Of a DNA stretch of 64,000 nt, positions 1 to 12,515 are shown in pieces. A program made the position numbers and the translations under genes. Origin of the DNA: Lama guanicoe (Eukaryota); the NCBI GenBank assembly GCA_013239625.1, contig MU053304.1:2418001-2482000 (forward strand). The letters are read 5' to 3'. The notes beneath the pieces are model-generated. The model ran no database searches. It was not told where the DNA came from and worked only from the letters and a program-made list of their open reading frames with translations. Position 1 is the first letter of the stretch. The number at the start of each line of letters is the position of its first letter.

Positions 1-56
1 AAAGGAAGCATCCGTGCAGTGACTGGTCAGCTGAACTTGGATGTAATTTCACTTAC

Positions 57-125
57 CCTGCTATTTGTGCTTCTGCCCAAGCCATGCAGTGTTTAAATGC
101 TAATGTGATGTCAGCATTTTCTTTA
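57..125 (-). other. Candidate internal exon (69 nt, open only as phase 2-2; KENADITLAFKHCMAWAEAQIA)
   Basis: Minus strand: acceptor attaggttttcttttgtctaaatag| and donor CAGG|GTAAGT; length divisible by 3; non-repetitive context; protein not recognised. Confidence 0.3.
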
Positions 126-819
126 CTATTTAGACAAAAGAAAACCTAATGAGATATTTCTAAGCTGTACATGAGTTTCATAGCAATCTTTGGCTTGGAA
201 TTAAATTAGGATAAAGAACTCCTCAAAATAACTCTGAAGTCTCAACTAACCCACAGCAACAGGTTTTACCATAAGACAGACATTTCTATTGGGAATACTG
301 ATTTGATTAAGTGTTCACAATAGAGAATTTTATTTAGCAGTGCCATCTGCAGCCATAATTAGTTTGAACTTGTGAAAATGAAGAGTTTAACAGGAGATAT
401 GACATTAATTTCTGAGAAAGGAGAATTTCCTTACTTTGCATGGATGAAAGCACAGAAATATAATGAAAATGCATTCGCAGAGATGCTACAGGAACTCATT
501 AGGAGCTTTTAAAGGTCAAAAACCTTTAAAAAAAAAGAGAGAAAACTGGAAAATGACTCTGGACTTGAAGTTGAGTTAGTAGGAAGCTGACTTAGCACTT
601 CTTATTACAAGCACAGCTTCTTTTTTGATTGGAGCCACAGTGGATTACTTTCATAAAACCCAGAAACTAGGGTTCCTTGAAAAATATAGAGGTGCTAACC
701 AAATATCTACACCTCCTTGGGCACTTAGACCCCCAAGATGCAGACACCTGAGCAGTGCTTCAGAGAAATGTCTGATGGAGACCAGCAGGCTTTCCAGGTC
801 TTCTTGATTTTTAATGTTC

Positions 820-935
820 ATCCCTATTCCTTGGGAATCTTGGGAAAATGCAGATACTGACCGGTCTGGGATGAGGTGAGATGGAAGCCTGCTTTTCTAA
901 AAGGTGATGCTGGTCCCCACTTTGGGTAACAACCT
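820..935. mobile_element. MER5-like hAT-Charlie MITE remnant
   Basis: aaaatgcaga...ggtctgggatg...ctgcttttctaa...aggtgatgctg...ccactttg resembles the MER5A consensus as recalled. Confidence 0.45.
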
Positions 936-1317
936 AGACCATTGGAAATAGGAAAACTGGGAGGCTGGTTCATCCACAGCCACTCTTTCCCAGCTCTCCC
1001 CCAATCCCAAGGTAGTCAGGGAAAGGACACTTTTCTCTTCTACCAACTTCTTACTCTCTGTGTGCCCTTCCTGCCCCTCATTTGATGTTTATGCCATTTT
1101 GAGGTTCCCTGGAAACCCTGGGGATGGAAGGGATAAGAAAGTATGGTTTGCTCAAGGTTTAAAAGAATCCTCCCTAGGAATACTCACAACTCATTTCTTA
1201 TCTTTCATGTGTGTCTGGGGACATACATTTTTGTTCTTGGCTTTAATCCCAAATACCAGAATTCTCCAATTCTCTTGACCACTCCTGGCAGAAAGAAATT
1301 CTTGCTCTTCTTTTAAT

Positions 1318-1374
1318 ATGAACACTACATTTAATATGAATACATACACTGTATGTATTAAATGTAGTGTTCAT
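1318..1374. repeat. Quasi-palindrome / inverted repeat
   Basis: atgaacactacatttaata (1318-1336) is the exact reverse complement of tattaaatgtagtgttcat (1356-1374); inner aatacataca-c-tgtatgtatt also pairs. Confidence 0.95.
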
Positions 1375-1492
1375 CCTTAAGATAAATAATTACTTTAAAA
1401 CAGACATACTTTCTTTTTTTTTTTAAATAATGGCTGAACTTATTATCTGAGATCCTTATGTACGAAATAAACAGAGTATCTAACTGACTTCC

Positions 1493-1642
1493 TACTGGAT
1501 TGGAATTCAGAAGATCTGACTTTTGCTCAGTCTATCACTTATTCTGTGACATTTAACTTTTCTTGGTCTCTGTGTCCCTATTTTACAATGCAGAAGCTTG
1601 ATGAGATGATTACTCAGATGTCTTTTGAAGCTACAATTCTAA
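1493..1642 (+). mobile_element. MIR-family SINE fragment
   Basis: ggattggaattcagaagatctga...tcactta.tctgtgac...tctctgtgtccctattttacaatg...gatgat MIR core pattern. Confidence 0.6.
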
Positions 1643-1944
1643 AGGCCTAGTAAATGTAGTAATTGAGTTTAATATATTGCAAGAGTAAATTTTATTTTTT
1701 TTTGCCACCATTGTATATTTTGGAAAAATTACTTAATTTTTGCCCCCTCTAGTTTTCACATCCACATTGCGGGCTTAATTAGCAGCGTATGTAGCTCAGT
1801 GAGAGGTCAGTTAATTCTAGTCTTATTACTTGACCGCTGCTGTCTTAGTATGTAAGAATTATTCCAGCTGGGGAAGAAATATGCAGAAGTATGAATTATG
1901 CAGTGCAATAATCTCTGTTAAGAACCTTTACTTAAATAAAAACC

Positions 1945-3055
1945 CAGCTTTATTGAGATATGATTCACGCACCGTGTTATCCTATAACTCGCCCTTATAA
2001 AGTGTACAATTGAATGGTTTTAAGCGTATTCACAGAGTTGTGTCATCATGACCACACTCAGTTTCAGAACATACCATCATCCCACAAAGAAACTGCACAT
2101 CCACTAGCAATCATTCTCATTTCTCCTCAAATCTCCCTGTCCCCACCGCTAGGTAACCACTGATCTCCTTTTGCGTCCATGGATTTGCCTATTCTAGACA
2201 TTTCATACAAAGGGCATCATACAGTGTGCTGTCTTTGTGACTGGCTGCTTTAACTTTAACAGGATGTTTTCAAGGTTTGTGCATATCATAGCATGATTAG
2301 TACTTTATTCCTTTTTATTGCCAAATAATGTTCAATTACATGGATGTACCACAGTTTATCCATTCATCCATTGATAGACATTGGGATTCTTTCCATTTTG
2401 GGTTATTATGAAGAATACTGTTATGAACATGCATCCATGTGTTTTTGTGTAGATGTTTTTATTTCTCTTAGATGCCTAGGAGGGATCCTGCTAGGCTGTA
2501 TCATAACTCTATGTTTAACATTTTGAAGAACTACCAGACTGTTTCCAAAGAGGTGGCCCAACTTTACATTCCCACCAGCAGTCTATGAGGTTTCTAAATT
2601 CTCCACTTCCTTGACAACACTTGCTACTGTCTGTCTTTTTGACTATAGTTACCCTACATATCCGGTAAAGTAGTATCTCATTGTGGTTTTGATTGGTACC
2701 ACCCCTATGGTCAATAATGTTGAGGGTCTTTTCATGTGGTTACTGGCCTTTTGCATATCTTCTTTAGAGAAATGCCTAATCAGAGTCTTTCCTCATTTGC
2801 AAGTGGGACTGTCTTTTTATTATCTGAGTTGTAGGAGTTCATATATTTTATACACAAGTCCTTGATCAGATGTGTAGTTTGTAAATATTTTCTCTTAGAC
2901 TGAAGGTTGTCTTTTCACTTTGGTAATGATGTACTTGAAATAACAAAACAATATTTAATTTTGATGAAGTTTAATTTGTCTATTTTTCCTTTCATTGCTT
3001 GTCCTTTTGACATCATATCTAAGAAACCACTGTATCAAGATTTATACCTACGGAA
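1945..3055 (-). mobile_element. L1M (L1MB/L1MC-like) 3' UTR and ORF2 end
   Basis: Typical antisense L1 3' end: cagctttattgagata...aagtgtacaatt...gatttgcctattctagacatttcata...cattcccaccagca...tctcattgtggttttgatt...tcttctttagagaaatg. Confidence 0.9.
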
Positions 3056-3767
3056 AACTCCCACTCTCGATTGAAACATTGGAAACATATCTAAAATAAT
3101 TCAGAGTTCCAGAAACTGATATACTAAACACACAAGTTGATAAACAGTTCAAAGCAGTTCTGACAGAAGGACAGCTGGTCACTTGGGAAATCTTCACATC
3201 CACAGGCCATATGACACTTTGACCATTCCTTCTGTCACATCGTTAGGCCAGACTGCAAAAACACATTAAAGATGTTAAGTGCTTAATTATTTCGGGGAAC
3301 AACTTATCTTCTAAGGAATATAAGCCGGTTGGAAAACATGCTGAGCTCAAAATTCATAAGACAGGCATCTTGTGTGTTGTTTCTCTGTGATTGGCTCATA
3401 CTGAGAATCTTTATAACAGGATCTAACACTTATTGAATATTTTAAAGAATTCAATTAACTGATGAACAGCTGGCTGCTCATTTGATCCTGTCCCCTCTCT
3501 TGAAATCTCTTAGACTGCTGTCAAGTGATAACCTATTAATTCAAATTACCAGCATTATAATCTCATGGCACTTTATATTACCTAGTCCAAATGAAACACT
3601 TTGAAAAAAAAAATCAGAGTTACTTTCTATTTGTCAAGTGTTGAAAGCTTTTCTTTCTAGTTGTGAAGGTGTGCTCTGATCCCCTAAAAGCCAAAAATGG
3701 GTTTTCTTTACTATAAAAATGCTGTTTAAAACATGAAAGAAGACAACTAAGTATTTCCTTATCTTAC

Positions 3768-3833
3768 CATCTGAATGAAATGTTTCATTTTGCACGGTCT
3801 CTTCCACTCTTTGCTTCAACCGTGTATATTTTA
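3768..3833 (-). other. Candidate internal exon (66 nt, open only as phase 1-1; KYTRLKQRVEETVQNETFHSD)
   Basis: Acceptor ttcattatctttgtaacaag| and donor GATG|GTAAGA; purine-rich, protein-like translation; not recognised. Confidence 0.3.
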
Positions 3834-4189
3834 CTTGTTACAAAGATAATGAACATAAAATTTTCAAACAGTATTTTAGGATATGGTCTCTCCAGCACAC
3901 TCATGCATGGAGATGTTGCTGTCTAGATGTATCAGAAAGTTATAGATTTGCTAAGTGGCTTTGCTCAAGGCAGCCAAGTCCTATTTTGAGAGCTTGAGAG
4001 CTGTCTGATGACCTCATTTCCCCTCTGCAGTGATCTTTACACACCTCTAGGCTACACTCCCTATTTGTGATGAATTTTCTGCCCTCCCACCCTTTCACAA
4101 ACAGGGAAAGTTATGACCATGTTCTTCCCTTGGGCTATGCAGTTCAGCCCCTGGCCACCTCTCAGATTTCTTCCCACACTGCTTCCCCC

Positions 4190-4620
4190 CATAGCTGGCT
4201 CTGCTCCAGACACCACGGCCAAGAGCTTTCTTCCCTCAGAGCTTTTCACTCGCTCTCCCTTCCACTGGGAACACTCTGTGCCTGGATGTTGCACATTTGG
4301 CTCCTTCTTAACCCTCATCAGCTAAACATCAGCTCAGGGAGAACTTACCGTCCTCATCGAAAGTGCCTCTCTCCGCCTCTTCCTGCTGCATCACATCTCT
4401 CTTGTTTTATTTTCTTCCTAATGCGTATTATTGTCCATGCAAATCTATAAAGTCTGATATTCATGTGCTCTTATTTGTTTACTGTCTGTTCCCCCTCTGC
4501 TGACAAATGAGTATTTCACGAAGGAGGAATCCTGTCTGTCTTCTCCACGATAAACTGGTACTTATTACCACCCTTGGCACAGTAGGCCCTCCATAAATAT
4601 TTACAGGATGAATAAATGAG
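4190..4620 (+). mobile_element. L2 LINE 3' end
   Basis: Ends ggcacagtaggccctccataaatatttacaggatgaataaatga (L2 tail); preceded by tttactgtctgttcccc motif. Confidence 0.7.
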
Positions 4621-6229
4621 CGAAAGGGTCGACTTAAGCATAGCTTTCTCTCCATGCTAGTGTCCTTTCTTCCTTCCCGTCCCTTCTGAATGGAGAGAGC
4701 AGCTGATTATGGCTTTTATGTTTTGTAATAGGTGTGAAAAATACCCAAAAAGGAAAGATTGGAAAAATACATGCGTGGCTGGAAGTGAGGTTAACAAGTA
4801 TCTTAATGTCTCTGAGGAGAGGCCCGACTGTTACACATGGACCAAAAAGCACTCCTCTGAGAAATAGTTTCCAACACCTTTAGTCAGGCAGAACTACTAC
4901 GGTGTAGTAACAACTTTCTTGATAGACGGATGATTTGCCTCAAAGCTGCTTGTGATACAATATAATACAATATAGTAAAATATTCTGTTTTGATATCATT
5001 TGGTGCATTTTCTGCCTGTGTTTGAGCCTAGAAACCTTGCTCAGTGATAAAAAGAAAGAAGAAAGCACGGCAGTGCTTTGATCATGAATTTGATGGCAAA
5101 GATAAACAAAAACCAGGTATGACTGGGTTTGAAAGGGATTGAAGCCCCAGGAGAAAGTAGATGGTTCTTGTCTCTGAAAACTTTAGGTTAAAGAGGCATT
5201 TTATTCTGAGGTTGGACCTCGTGAGCAATGGAATTACTTCTATACCCATCTGAACTTCAAACTGCCGAGTTTAATGTCGTCATCCTAGATCAACCAGATC
5301 TCTCAGAAAACAAATTAAATTAATAAAGAATGGAAGAAAGTGGCCTGGCCAGATAAACTGAAAAGAGTATCCACAAGTAAAATCTTTTTTCTTTGAAGAG
5401 CTGGTTCTCCTTACTGTCTCTGGGGATGCGACTGCCTGCCCTTTGAACAAAACAACCATCTTGGCACTCGCCTCGGGAGTCCCTCTCGGCACTGACTGTT
5501 ATCCCTCTAGCCTCCTGTAAGCCTTTTCCGCTGTCCTATTCAGGCTCTCCAGCAGGGTGAGGGACCAGTTGTAGCAGAATCCTGCAGGTGTTTGTTTCAT
5601 CTTTCATTTCAAAGTGGGGATTCCTTGGCAACTGGGATCACCCTACTGAGACTGAAAAAATAAAATGGCAACTTATAGGCCTACATGCTAGGCTCTGAGG
5701 TTCAGTTTTTGTCAAGGTGGCAGCTGGAAGTCAGGGAACAGTTTAGCTTGTGGATGGGAGGGGTGGGGGAGGCAGGGAGAGGGTGGAGGGGGAAAGGATA
5801 GACCATGCAAATGCAGCATGTACGCGTTTCCAACCTCAGGATTTTATTATGTTCTTGATCACATAGGATTTTAATTCTACACTAGCACGTGGGGGTAGAA
5901 ATGTAAGAAGAGAGAAAATGGAAGAAGAATAAGAGAAAGAAAGAAAGAGTAAGCTATTAGGGGACCATTGGTAGACTGACATATACACCTCTTAATTCAG
6001 GGAGTGTACTTTCTGATATATCATCCAAGATGCATGATGGAATATAACTAATACAATATTTATTTTTCGAGTAAATTTCTCCAGTTCTTAGAGGAATTTT
6101 CCAATGTTTATAAAAATCATTTATTTACACACCGGTAAACTATGTAACCATAACCGTAAAATCCCCTAAATTAATGTAGAATAATTTTAATATAATCATA
6201 ATATTTAACTTTTATTAACTGTTCATTGT

Positions 6230-6370
6230 GCTCTTTTGAATGTCTTACTTTTATCACTTATTTCTTCCTCAGAGCCTCCCTATGAGGACTTAATAAGTCC
6301 TACTATTATTTCCATTTTATGGATGAGAACACTGAGGCATGGAGTGGATGAGGAACTTACTCAAAAATGG
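6230..6370 (-). mobile_element. MIR fragment
   Basis: attatttccattttatggatgagaacactgaggcatggag core. Confidence 0.7.
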
Positions 6371-6819
6371 TCAAGAAATCTCTAGGAATGGATTGTTGCG
6401 GATATGAATCTTTTAGAAGATGGAGAACATTATTAGATTCAAGAAATTTGACAGTGCTACAATAATACCATGTAACACACAGTCCATCTAAACAAGCAGG
6501 TGAACTCTGGAGACTGAGTAAAGTTTATCCTTGAAATTGGTTAGACACTAGATTTCCTTCCCAGCTTTGATTGGCTGTATTAGGAAGGATTGCTTCTTAG
6601 AATATACATTGCGACTTCTAAGTGAAAAAACGGACCATCTAGTTTTTTCTTTTAATTATGTTTTGAGGGGAGGCATACGTTTTGGGAAAAATAGACACTC
6701 AAAATATCCAGTGCTTGGTCACACCCATTCAGGAGTGAGTTGGATAGCTCTTCACTTTAGGAAGAAAGACATCAGCAGAATTTTTCCAGGAGTCCTAATC
6801 CAGGTAAGCTGAGCAATGA

Positions 6820-7030
6820 GTGATTCATTTATTCATTTATTTGTCAAATAATGTTTGGGTACTTATCGGGCACTCTTCTGCATACTGGGAATAAAAAGAT
6901 GAATAACATTAAAACATCTATAATTGATATAGCCTCTTCCCTTAAAGAGCTTGACTCACTGAGGAGATGGTCTTGGGTGGAGAAAATTACAATACAAATA
7001 GATGAGCGCTGTCACAGAGATGTTATAGGA
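6820..7030 (-). mobile_element. L2 3' end
   Basis: attcatttattcatttatttgtcaaata...gggcactcttctgcatactgggaata. Confidence 0.65.
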
Positions 7031-7354
7031 GGATGAACGGAGACTGGGGAACCTCCAGCCCTACCAAGAGAGTAGGGTGGAAATGAAAAGCAAGCATTTC
7101 AGGGAGTCAGGACAGTATGGGAAAAGGCACTGGTGAGAAACCATGCAAAATGGCTAGAAATCAGTTAAACAGGACTCGGGGTGATTTGCGATCCCTTATC
7201 TATTACTGACGTTAAACATGACATTCTAGAGCCCCACCTTCCATTGTCCAGTTATATAAGAGACTCTACTCAAGGCAGCTTCCTTCCGCCAATGTTCCTC
7301 ATCACCCAAACAAACCTGCAACGGCTCCTTCCCTTCCCCTTTTGGTTATAATTT

Positions 7355-7590
7355 GCTAAATTCATCCAGGGTTTACTATGAATCAGGCAGAGAGCCGAGC
7401 ACTTTCATTTGTTATCTCATATCTCTTTAGAAAACCTCTATGAAGAAGTTTTCATTTTGATGCCTCTGTTACCAACGGTGGAACTCAGGACTAGAGAGGG
7501 AACCTTTCTGAAGATATCTTGGTTGATAAACGACACAACGGGGACTGAAAACCAGATCCACTTAATGCTAAAGTCTGTGTTCTTAGATTG
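7355..7590 (-). mobile_element. MIR fragment
   Basis: tttactatgaatcaggca...aacctctatgaag...ggaactcaggactagagaggg...gggactgaaaaccag. Confidence 0.55.
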
Positions 7591-7916
7591 ACACTCTCCG
7601 TCCTCCTCAAGAATCAGCTAAACCTTTTGTGATATTTCCTCTTTCTGTCTAACCATGCGAAAATGCAAACCACGACTATGGTAGGTGAACAATTTCACGG
7701 AGTTGAATGAACAGCCTTAGTGCTGATGCTTGGAGAGAGCAACAGATTTTCTTTTCAATAACAAACATGTCAGTTATTTTAAAGCAATTTTATCCAGTTA
7801 AAATATAAGAGGATGATCCACAGTGTATATGTCTGTATGACACATCCCAGCAAAGAGGAAGGACCCTACTTCCCACCAGTCCTCTTCACTCAAAGAAGAC
7901 ATATGACAATTCTTAC

Positions 7917-7979
7917 CTTATGCTCCATGTCCAGTATTTTTTATTACCTAATGTATATATATTATTCTGTTGTAGAAAC
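7917..7979 (-). other. Candidate internal exon (63 nt, phase 2-2; FLQQNNIYTLGNKKYWTWSI)
   Basis: Strong donor AAG|GTAAGA; weaker acceptor aaatttatgtgtag|. Confidence 0.2.
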
Positions 7980-8149
7980 CTACACATAAATTTTATATGT
8001 ATATATCTCTTCTATTTTTGTATTATACCTTTTATTATCTGATAGACATAAGTCAGAGACTCAAAAAGCAATGATTCTTTTTTGGATTATCTTGCAATTC
8101 AAAGCCTCAAAAACTATTTGAAGATTTGAGGTCAGCAAACTAGTACGGA

Positions 8150-8300
8150 AAGACAAAGAAACTTGAGTTCTGCTTCCAGATCTTCAACTAACTAGCTCTG
8201 GAACATTAGGTGGTCTCTTTGAGCACCAGTTTCCTAACCTATGGATTGTGGAGACTACACAATTTCTGAGATCCTTATCAATTTCCAGAGTGCAGTGATA
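8150..8300 (+). mobile_element. MIR fragment
   Basis: acttgagttctgcttccagatcttcaactaactagctctg...cagtttcctaacctat. Confidence 0.55.
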
Positions 8301-10354
8301 CTAATGTTTTAGTGGGTTTCATGCCCCTGCTGTTAAAAAGCAGATCGGAGACCTTTCTGTAGTCGATGAGCAGTTAACTTCTTTCTTCAGTCTTGGCCAG
8401 AATGAAATGAGTCACTAATACCTAGTAAGCCTGAGAGACTGAGGAGCAAGACAGGTAACTTCTAGCGGGTAAGAAAGGATCTAGATGACCCAGGTCTGAA
8501 TGGGCCCTGGAGTAAGCTACCTGGTGGACAGCAAGTAGAATGAGGACAATGGGGATATTATAAAACTCTGTGTCTAATGGCTCTGTCCCAGAGTGATGCC
8601 AAAGCTTCAACTTGGTTGGCAAAACTACAGTGCTGCCTTGAGTAGCCAGATGGGCAACAATCCGAATGTATTTATGTGCCTGCAAAGATATTAAGTAAAC
8701 TCATCCATAGAAATGAAAGGAAAATTCAATTTAGTTGAATGACAACTCCCTTTCAACAAAGGGGTAGAAAAGCAGATACCCTTAGGTTTCTCAGTCATAT
8801 CCTGAGGGGTGGGGAGTATTTATAATTAGTCAAGGCAGAATCTTCTCTCTTTAGGCTTTGGAAAAAAGTGCAATGTAAATGAAAGATGAGCTTCCTTCCT
8901 GTCACGGAGATATATGCTGCAATTAGCAGAAGTTGATGGGACAGTTTTAAAGAAGTTGTAATTGACTTGGGCCGTTAGCCCATAAAACACAACTCCGACG
9001 TCTACTGTGTAATTATTTGACACATTTCAGGCTTGGCAAACAATTTCGGGACCCACAAACAAGTACTGAGTGCATTCTCATTCACAGCAGGGCTCACAAA
9101 CAGGGTTTATCTCCCTTACATAAAAAAATGTTAGGCGTGCTTTCTTAGCACACACAAAGACATAATTCAGCAGCCTGAGAATGCATGAAACTCAGGCTGG
9201 CAGCAGATGCTTGAGCAATTCATAAACAGCACCACGAATCCTTCCTCCCATTTCAGGCTTTGCATTAAGGCAGGATCTTGTTATTTTGCAGTGGTTTTAA
9301 AACCTGATTATCATTTTCAAGTTAAACTCTAAAGAGCACACTGGTCATTTAGCTTAGAGCTCACGTTCAGGAGATGAATTGATTTACTATTTCACAAACA
9401 CCGGAAACAAACAAAATGCTTTGGTAAAAATAGCAAATTACAGACTGTTATAAGTGAATAATTTCACCAAGTCGAGTGGACAGCCTGAGTCAGAGACACA
9501 AATTCTCTTGTTCCATTTTAGGGACAGGCTTTGGTGAACATTGAAAACTATATATTTGTCTATGCTAAGCATGGATAGTCTATTTTTAACTCCAAAATGA
9601 TCTGAAGTTTACAACATGGGAAAAAACATTAAAATTAATATAAGAGAGAAAGAAAGTGAGAACAAAGGGGAAAAGGAAAACCCAAATATGTCAACTTAAG
9701 AGTTAAGGGTCTTAGTGTGACCAACTTCAAGTCAGTCACTGAGCTTGCTGTCACCTGGGCAGTGTTTACTGTCCACTTAAGACCCAGCTCTGTATTGGCT
9801 GTGTGCTACTGTGGAAAAGCTAAAATGCTGTTAACAGCCATTTGGCTCAAGTCTTCTCTCTTTGCCTGTGTGTAAACAGTTGGCCATTTCAGTCTTGATG
9901 AGCACTTTCACTATTAAGACAGTAATTACAATAAACCATGCACTGCACTAAACACTAAGTATGTATTATTTTAGAAAGAATATTTAATGAATTTTTATCT
10001 ATAGGTAAAACATGACATTCGAAAGTCACAGAGCGGCATTCAGTGAAATGTCTCCCTTGCCTGTGTACTCTGGCTATTTAGTTATCTCCCCAAGGACCAG
10101 GGTTGGGTTGGTTGGTTGGTTTGTTTCAGTATATTTTCAGGAATGCTTTATGCAGAAACAAATATATACATATGTGTGTGTGTGTGTATATATATATATA
10201 GTCCATTAATTACTTTACACTCAAGGTGGACTCGGTATACATATTCTGAACTTTCCCTTTTCATTTAAATTTACATCATGAGCAGTGTTCCAATTACCAC
10301 CTGGGGAGCTATGTCATTCTCATGATATATAAGACTAATTATTATATTATGATG

Positions 10355-10580
10355 AGACAGCATATTATGGTGGTCAAACTCATGGACTCAGAATCAGACT
10401 CTCCTGAATTCAAATACCAGTCCTGCCACTCACTATATGTGCCATCTTGGCCATGGTGCTTAACCTCTTGCTTCTTATGTAAAATGGGATAATATAGTAT
10501 TGTTGGGAAATTATGTGAGATAATACGTATAAAGCACTTAGAGTGGTGTATGCTTCAACCAAACACTATATATGTGTTTG
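10355..10580 (+). mobile_element. MIR, flanked on both sides by antisense L1ME-like remnants (about 9990-10340 and 10590-10975)
   Basis: catggactcagaatcagact...tgaattcaaataccagtcctgccactcact...tgtaaaatgggataata...aaagcacttagag. Confidence 0.75.
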
Positions 10581-11387
10581 CTCTCCTCATGGTACTTAAT
10601 TGTGTATATGTACTAGTTTCCCATTGATCAATGTATAGCATTTTCATTTCCTCTGCTATTACAATGTTATTGTCAATATCCTTGTATATCCATTACCATT
10701 GACTCTTGTGTATGGATATCTGTAGGATAAAATCTTGGATTTGCTTACTCAAAAAGTGTTTACATTTTTAATTTCAATAAGGACTGCAGTGACTTACTTT
10801 CTTCAATAAAGAACTAATGGGTAATAATAATTTACTTTCATCAACAATGTATAACAATTCCTTTTATTGCAGTCAATACTGTATTGCACACATATGACAT
10901 TTGATATTTCCAATCTGTGATCAAAAACTACATTTCATTATAATTTTTATTTTAATGCATTTTATTACAAGTGAGGACTAATAGTAGCATAGCTGCTACC
11001 AGACAAAACCTTCTATGGATAGCAATTATGGATTGGGCAAAACAAAGATAAAATCTGTAAAAGGTATGTATAACTACTGGAAAGCCTTGTAGTGTAACAA
11101 AAGGAGGCAGAAGCTGGAAGCGAGCAGACACTTAGTAAAAGGCAAAAGGTCTATACAATTTGAAGAGAAACCAGAGTAAATGTGGACACTTAGAAAAAAG
11201 AAAGGACACTGAGTGATTAGGTTGTTTTTAATGGCTTTTTGACTCAAGGCAGGTTACAGTTTGTATATCACAAGATGGCTCATACTGGATAGAAACAAAC
11301 CACAAAATGGAGTTCAGGGCTACTATCACAGCTAGAAATGAGGGGAGGAAACAATGTGGGTGATACAGAATACGGAGTCCTAAATTC

Positions 11388-11406
11388 TGTGTGTAAGCTA
11401 TTTTCT

Positions 11407-11437
<31 letters not shown>

Positions 11438-11446
11438 GCTATTTTC
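11388..11446. repeat. (TG)n microsatellite within a short tandem duplication
   Basis: tgtgtgtaagctattttc occurs twice; the TG array is expanded only in the second copy. Confidence 0.9.
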
Positions 11447-12077
11447 AAATCTCTGGAGGATCCTTAAATTACACCTTTATTGGGAGACTCCAAACAAGCC
11501 AGTTAAGGCTGAAAGCAGTAAAAATAAATTTTAGTTGAATTCCATTGCAGGAAAAACATAGTGTGAGTTCAGCCAAGTTCAAAAATCACCACTCTTAAGA
11601 GAAACATAACAGAATTCATAGTCTTTATGATGTATACTTCAAATGATATAGGATGGAATTCAAAATTACTACACATATGAAGAAACAAGCAGGTGGACAC
11701 TTACCAAAGAGAAAATCAACTAAGATTAATCCTAAAATGATCCAAGGGTTGGGATAAACAGATAAGAATTATAAAACACCTATTACAAATATGTTTAAGA
11801 CATCGAAGATAATATATTCATAATAACCAGATGAGAAATTTCAGCAGAGGGAAAGACACAGAAAATGAAGGACTTAGCAGAGAGTCTAAAAAAATAGTAA
11901 TATCCTTAAAATTAAATTTCAGACAATGAACTTAATGGCAGATTGGAGATGACAAAAGATTCTGTGAATCTGAAGTTGAGTCAGACAGAAATGATGCAAT
12001 CAGAAGAATAGAATGAACATTGGTTGACATGAAAAGAACAGAGCATCAGATACAATATTGAGCATTCCAACATACAC

Positions 12078-12515
12078 TGTGGTGGTCATGAAAATACACC
12101 ACTTGGATCTCCCTTCAGGGACCTACAGCAAGATACATAGTTGACTGATAGCTCCAAGTGCCCACCATTTCTTCTGAGCCCATCTCTTTCTCCAGGCATT
12201 CCCAAGTAGTAAACAAAGTGGGGTACAAGAACCAGGCCATTTCTGCTCAACAGTGAACCCTTTAACAGTCTTTGCTGTGGGCAGCCCTATCAACCTGAGG
12301 TTTTCTCACAGTTGGACTGCAGCCTGAGTTTCTTCCTACTTAGTCTTTCTCTCTTCCTTTTCTTCTTTCACAGATGTCAGAACTGCATCATGGCAAGAGG
12401 GCTCTCTCCATCTACTCCTCCCTCCCCCTTTATCATTCACAGGCATTTCCCCCAGTAAATCTCTTAACTATCTAATTCTGTAATGTGATCTGCTTCCTGG
12501 AGGAATCAAAGTACA
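12078..12515 (+). mobile_element. Solo ERVL LTR (LTR16-like) nested in the L1
   Basis: Begins tgtggtggtcatgaaaatacaccacttggatctcccttca; ends ccccagtaaatctctt...tctgcttcctggagga; possible tacac TSD. Confidence 0.7.

Noticed and set aside
6760..6802. Plus-strand 43-nt exon candidate (cactttag|...CAG|GTAAGC)
   Set aside because: Isolated and not frame-symmetric, with no partner plus-strand exons found; probably a pseudo-exon, though not excluded.
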